DNA of 64,000 nt from Candidatus Kapaibacterium sp. (lineage in GTDB: Bacteria; Bacteroidota; Ignavibacteria; Kapaibacteriales; UBA2268): positions 1,024,001 through 1,088,000 of the forward strand of contig OY761611.1 of assembly GCA_963664875.1 (NCBI GenBank), given 5' to 3'. Below are positions 59,595-64,000 of the stretch, piece by piece; positions within the stretch are counted from its first letter, which is position 1, and every line of letters begins with the position of its first letter. The notes below the pieces were generated by a model. The model had not been told where the DNA came from. It saw nothing but the letters and a program-made list of their open reading frames with translations, and searched no databases. The position numbers were made by a program, and so were the translations under genes.

Positions 59595-61685
59595 TTAGTC
59601 TTTTCGCATTTCAGCCATTACAAGAAGATTCTTCATATCTTCTACTGTATTTACCGGCATCTGACAAGCATAGTTTTTGCAGACATACGCTGTTGTTTCG
59701 CCTTCTGCTATTTTCATATTTTTCAAATACGAAGCATATAAATCTATTGCTTCATTTTGTTTATAAATTACTACCGCATTTGGCATATAAACATTTCGTA
59801 AAGCATCTATAAACTCACTATTTTCGGGTTTGTCTTTAGATGTTATTACAATCTCTACTGCAGGATTGTAAATATAATCCAAAGCACACTCAAAATATGC
59901 ATATATAGAAGGATACTGATCTACTTTTGAAGAGAAGAAATCAATTAGCTTTTGTGCTGTAACGTCATACTCTGTGTTTCCGGTGATTTTCGATAGCCTG
60001 ACTAAATTCATCAATGCTACTGAATTGCCCGAAGGCACAGCTCCATCATATAATTCTTTCATCCTATTGATTAGTTGCTCGCCGAAATCTGCCGTATTGT
60101 AATATCCGCCCTGCTCTTTATCTTCAAAGTGATTTTCTAACATATCCATCATCTCAATTGCATCTTTGATGTATTGATGCTTGAATGTTGCTCCGTAAAG
60201 CTCTATTGCTGCCCAAGTAAAGAAGGCATAGTCATCAAGCATAGCATCAATTTTTGCTTCACCTTTAGCGTATCGGTGGAGCATTCCCTGCTGAGATTTC
60301 AACTTTTCGGATATAAACTTATATGCTTTCTCAGCGATTGAGATATACTCTGAATTTTTGAATACAAAGCCAGCTTTTGCAAAAGCCGAAATCATCAATC
60401 CGTTCCAATCCATAAGTATCTTATCGTCTTTACCGGGACGAACTTTTTTCTCTCTTGCTTCGAATAATATCTCTTTACATTCTGCGATGATATTACTTAA
60501 TTCTGCTTCTTCAATATCATGTTTCTCAGCTACTTCTTTCAGGCTTGCAGTCAGATGCAGAATATTTCCTTTTTCAGGCATGTGCCCGGCTGCATTTTCG
60601 TAGTTACCTTCTTCTTTTATGTTGAAGTAATCAATAGCATATTTTGCATTTCCGCCAAGTAGCTGCTCTATTTCTTCATATTGCCAGATGTAAAACTTAC
60701 CTTCAACTCCTTCGCTGTCAGCATCTTCCGCACTGTAAAATCCACCTTCAGGTGAAGTCATATCTCTTTTTACGTAGTTCAAAGTCTCTTCTACTATTCG
60801 CTTATAGTTATCATCTTTTGTAACTAAATATGCTTCTAAGTAAGCATGAGTCAGCATCGCCTGATCGTATAGCATTTTTTCAAAGTGAGGCACTAACCAC
60901 TCTCTATCTGTAGAGTACCTCGCAAAGCCGCCTCCGAGGTGGTCGTAAATGCCACCTTTTGCCATTCTGTCCAAACTCTCTGTAGTGATTTTTAAGGCAG
61001 TTTCTTTCTCAGTGCTTCTGTTATACCTCAAACTGTACAAAAGATTGTGAGGAACGGGGAATTTAGGTTTAATTCCAAATCCTGCGTGCTTAGGATCAAA
61101 TAAATTATCAATACCGTCAAAAGCACGATCGAGAATCTTTTTATTCATTGGAACAATGCTTTCACGTTCTTCCATTTTCTGCATTTTTTGAATCAAATCA
61201 TCAGCATTAGCTTCAATATTTTTTTGCTGTTCCATCCATGCTAGTGCTACTTTAGGCAAAAGTTCCATCATACCGATTCGGTTCATCACAGACTCTTTTG
61301 GGAAATAAGTACCGGCAAAAAACGGTTTCTGCTCGGGAGTCATGATTATTGTCATTGGCCAGCCGCCTGTGCCGGTCATCATCTGACACACCTGCATATA
61401 CACAGAATCAATATCAGGGCGCTCTTCCCTATCGACTTTAATATTGATAAAAGCCTCATTCATCATTTCCGCAATTTCAGCATCCTCGAACGACTCGTGC
61501 TCCATCACGTGGCACCAGTGGCATGTCGAGTAACCAATGGAAAGAAAAATAGGTTTGTTTTGCTCCTTCGCAGCAGCAAATGCCTCTTCGCCCCAAGGGA
61601 ACCAGTCCACAGGATTGTAAGCATGCTGCAAAAGGTAAGGACTTTTCTCATGTATCAATCTATTTGATTTTGCTTTTTCGCTCAT
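59595..61685 (-). CDS. YyaL/SPATA20 thioredoxin-domain plus six-hairpin glycosidase-like protein
   Basis: [30 protein letters not shown] and AEDADSEG motifs. Confidence 0.93.
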   Translation of the reverse strand: MSEKAKSNRLIHEKSPYLLQHAYNPVDWFPWGEEAFAAAKEQNKPIFLSIGYSTCHWCHVMEHESFEDAEIAEMMNEAFINIKVDREERPDIDSVYMQVCQMMTGTGGWPMTIIMTPEQKPFFAGTYFPKESVMNRIGMMELLPKVALAWMEQQKNIEANADDLIQKMQKMEERESIVPMNKKILDRAFDGIDNLFDPKHAGFGIKPKFPVPHNLLYSLRYNRSTEKETALKITTESLDRMAKGGIYDHLGGGFARYSTDREWLVPHFEKMLYDQAMLTHAYLEAYLVTKDDNYKRIVEETLNYVKRDMTSPEGGFYSAEDADSEGVEGKFYIWQYEEIEQLLGGNAKYAIDYFNIKEEGNYENAAGHMPEKGNILHLTASLKEVAEKHDIEEAELSNIIAECKEILFEAREKKVRPGKDDKILMDWNGLMISAFAKAGFVFKNSEYISIAEKAYKFISEKLKSQQGMLHRYAKGEAKIDAMLDDYAFFTWAAIELYGATFKHQYIKDAIEMMDMLENHFEDKEQGGYYNTADFGEQLINRMKELYDGAVPSGNSVALMNLVRLSKITGNTEYDVTAQKLIDFFSSKVDQYPSIYAYFECALDYIYNPAVEIVITSKDKPENSEFIDALRNVYMPNAVVIYKQNEAIDLYASYLKNMKIAEGETTAYVCKNYACQMPVNTVEDMKNLLVMAEMRKD

Positions 61686-61917
61686 TATAGTCTTCCGCTG
61701 TTTTATTTTCAAAATCTTTCAAAATCTTTCAAAAATAAGAAAAAATATCTGTTTGTATTGCAGAGACTAAAGAAAGGGTGGTTTTATTGGAGAGGAAGAG
61801 AAGAATTGGATTATGGTAGCAGATTTGTCGCAGTACCTTAAAAAGATACCCCTTCAGCTCAGATCATTGCTCAAGAGGTAAATTATATATACATTCATGA
61901 TAATAGAAATGTAAAAA

Positions 61918-62769
61918 CTATTCCTGTGTTTTGATAAATTTCACTACGCCTTCAGATGTTTGCAGAAAATAAACACCTGCCCTTAAGCTACTTATATCTA
62001 TCATATTATCAGTTCCAATTTCAAGCCTACCTATTTTAATTTGTGCTCCTCTTAAGTCAAAAATGCTGTAGTCGCCTGCTTTTTTGATGTCAGATACTAT
62101 AATGTTATTATCATGAATTTGAAGATTGTTACTCTGTTTATCAATCACAGAATAAGGTGGTTGAACTGCTCTATCGTGAATATTTAATCCTAAAGTCGTG
62201 AGTAGCTCTTCAATATGTTTGAAAGAAACAAACTTATTGAAACTAATAGCCAAATAATATGGCTCGAATGCATCCTCTTCTATTTTATGATAAGCATAAG
62301 CGTATATTTCATAGCTCCCAATCTGGTCTAATTTATTCTTTAGTTCAGCAAATAGATTGCTATAATCATCCTTTATATCATCAGCTGATATTTTTATTAC
62401 ATCTATTTGTTCAGTTGCAGGTTTGACAATATTAAGTGGTTCAAATTGGCTCCCCATATTAATTGCAACAAATTGATTACTGTATATTGCATTGCTATCA
62501 ATCAGTTCTTCAAAAAAAACATCTACCAACCCAAGACTATTGACATGATCGAGCGGTTTAGGCCATTCCTGTAAGTATTCCCTTTGTAACAGGTCGGTTT
62601 TATTGCAAGTATCAATTCCGACCTCACGTTGAAAATCGTTCATAAAATTAATGGTATATTTATGATATACCTCAAAAAAACATTCCGGCAACTCTTCATA
62701 AGCTAAAGAATCTTGTGCAAGAACCGGGGCTGCACTAAACAGTAATATAGCTATAAATAGATGTTTCAT
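61918..62769 (-). CDS. T9SS type A CTD-bearing hypothetical protein
   Basis: Signal peptide; C-terminal IFDLRG...IDISSLRAGVYFL...KFIK. Confidence 0.78.
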   Translation of the reverse strand: MKHLFIAILLFSAAPVLAQDSLAYEELPECFFEVYHKYTINFMNDFQREVGIDTCNKTDLLQREYLQEWPKPLDHVNSLGLVDVFFEELIDSNAIYSNQFVAINMGSQFEPLNIVKPATEQIDVIKISADDIKDDYSNLFAELKNKLDQIGSYEIYAYAYHKIEEDAFEPYYLAISFNKFVSFKHIEELLTTLGLNIHDRAVQPPYSVIDKQSNNLQIHDNNIIVSDIKKAGDYSIFDLRGAQIKIGRLEIGTDNMIDISSLRAGVYFLQTSEGVVKFIKTQE

Positions 62770-62911
62770 TTTAGGTCTCCCATTTTTGTACTATTGTTTT
62801 TTTTTCATATTTATAAAAGTCAAAATATATAATTTAAAGCAAACAAACAAATAATATTATTTGTATATTTCAAATAAGAGAACATATTTACACCTTATCC
62901 CCATTTGCTAT

Positions 62912-62952
62912 AAAAAAAGCCCTTCAATACTCTATCTATACTGAAGGGCTTT
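62912..62952 (-). terminator. Terminator ending the motA-barrel transcript
   Basis: AAAGCCCTTCA ... TGAAGGGCTTT with a U-tract on the minus strand. Confidence 0.75.
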
Positions 62953-62977
62953 GACAAAATTTTAACAATACTGAATA

Positions 62978-63517
62978 TTACCAGGCATATCCGATTTTTA
63001 AATTCAAAAACAGAGGATTACCGTTGTCTCTACCATCTACTGTAAGTGCGTCTAACATCAAGTTAATTGACGGTTCTAAAGAGAAGCCATCCCATACCCA
63101 TTTGTATGCCGCCTCACCACCTATAGATAGATCCGATCCACTGTGATTTTCATAAAACACATTTTTATTCCCTACTATCTTATATTGCGGATAGTCGCTC
63201 TTCCAAAATGACATAACAGCGACAGGGCCAAAAGAAAAGCCTTCCAAGTTGCGTTTTTTATCTTTAAATGGAGAAATATACCACCTGTAGGATCCCCCTA
63301 TACCGTAGCCTGTCCAGTACTCAACATATTTAGTGTTGTACGATTGCAAAAATACGGTAAAGGAATTCAGATTGTCGATTTTGTGTTCGTAGGTGATGTT
63401 AAAAACACCATACAATAAAGCAAACGGATTTGCAGAAATATTGTTATTATACTGTGCCTTAGCCGGTGTTGATAAAAAGGCTATGCTCATTATCAACACA
63501 AGAATTAGTTTTTTCAT
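62978..63517 (-). CDS. Small outer-membrane beta-barrel (DUF3575-like)
   Basis: Signal peptide, NPFALL...ITYE, SYRWY, YKWVW and C-terminal IGYAW. Confidence 0.7.
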   Translation of the reverse strand: MKKLILVLIMSIAFLSTPAKAQYNNNISANPFALLYGVFNITYEHKIDNLNSFTVFLQSYNTKYVEYWTGYGIGGSYRWYISPFKDKKRNLEGFSFGPVAVMSFWKSDYPQYKIVGNKNVFYENHSGSDLSIGGEAAYKWVWDGFSLEPSINLMLDALTVDGRDNGNPLFLNLKIGYAW

Positions 63518-63525
63518 CTCTTTTC

Positions 63526-64000
63526 CTATTTAGTAGTTTGTTGTTCTTCGCTGCTTTGTGTAGGTATCTGTTGACGAAGCATATCCATATTTCCTTTAAG
63601 GAGCTTCTGCTGTGTAGAAAGAGGGAAAGCACTAATTAGTTTGTTTCTTATGACTGACGGAGTTTCTCCAAGCTGAACGGAATGCACACCTTCGAGCATA
63701 ACCTGCATGATATACATCTCATCTTCATGTATTTTGCGTAGCTTATCTCCAACAGGTAGCCATACTATGTTAGCCATCAAAATACCCCACATTGTTGCTA
63801 TAAATGCGGAAGATATGTGACGGACAAGTTCTGTAACATCTTCGCCGGCTGCAGCAAGAGTTGCTATAAGTCCCATCACAGTACCGATAATACCCATGGT
63901 CGGGCTATACCCACCAAGCTTCACTAAAAGACCAATGTTTTGCTCATGTCTGTCAGTGATGTACTGCATCTCGTTTTCTACGATAGTCTGGAGAGTATCA
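63526..64000 (-). CDS. motA: Flagellar stator MotA (5'-truncated by the window edge)
   Basis: GGYSPTMGIIGTVMGLI, AFIATMWG, LPVGDKL and EGV...GE.P; frame open to the window end (DTLQTIVENEM). Confidence 0.85.
   Translation of the reverse strand, partial: DTLQTIVENEMQYITDRHEQNIGLLVKLGGYSPTMGIIGTVMGLIATLAAAGEDVTELVRHISSAFIATMWGILMANIVWLPVGDKLRKIHEDEMYIMQVMLEGVHSVQLGETPSVIRNKLISAFPLSTQQKLLKGNMDMLRQQIPTQSSEEQQTTK

Noticed and set aside
61707-61734. Tandem TTTCAAAATC x2.8 upstream of the YyaL gene
   Set aside because: Short AT-rich duplication; no evidence of function or phase variation
1-64000. CRISPR array, rRNA, IS/transposase or prophage genes
   Set aside because: No regularly spaced repeats or such coding signatures seen

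Overview
AT-rich bacterial chromosomal window from an FCB-superphylum organism. The rplM-rpsI-rpsB-tsf-pyrH-frr gene order, type IX secretion (T9SS) components and cargo, SufU-type SUF operon and flagellar motA best fit a Kapabacteria/Ignavibacteria-like lineage; this placement is inference. Most of the window is housekeeping: Rrf2-sufBCDS-sufU-sufT, parAB, xseB, rsmI, tadA, tRNA-Val(GAC), the translation cluster, mutL, folD, dnaE and ABC proteins. T9SS-related genes are PorV/PorQ-like, DUF4835/PorD-like, a 1870-aa C25 peptidase and two CTD cargo proteins. The most interesting unannotated signal is at 42960-44446: two decayed RHS-core fragments (one below the ORF track cut-off) bracket two divergent paralogous signal-peptide ORFans with a TonB-C-like pattern, which looks like an orphan immunity cassette left from a polymorphic RHS toxin system. 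Also notable are a Ddl-like ATP-grasp fused to an M20 peptidase domain with degenerate metal ligands, an intact but motif-dead GT-A protein, a sensor-less pair of hybrid kinases, motA followed by a beta-barrel gene instead of motB, and several candidate operators and REP-like repeats. No CRISPR array, rRNA, transposase or integrase was seen. All family calls come from motif recognition by eye, not database searches.
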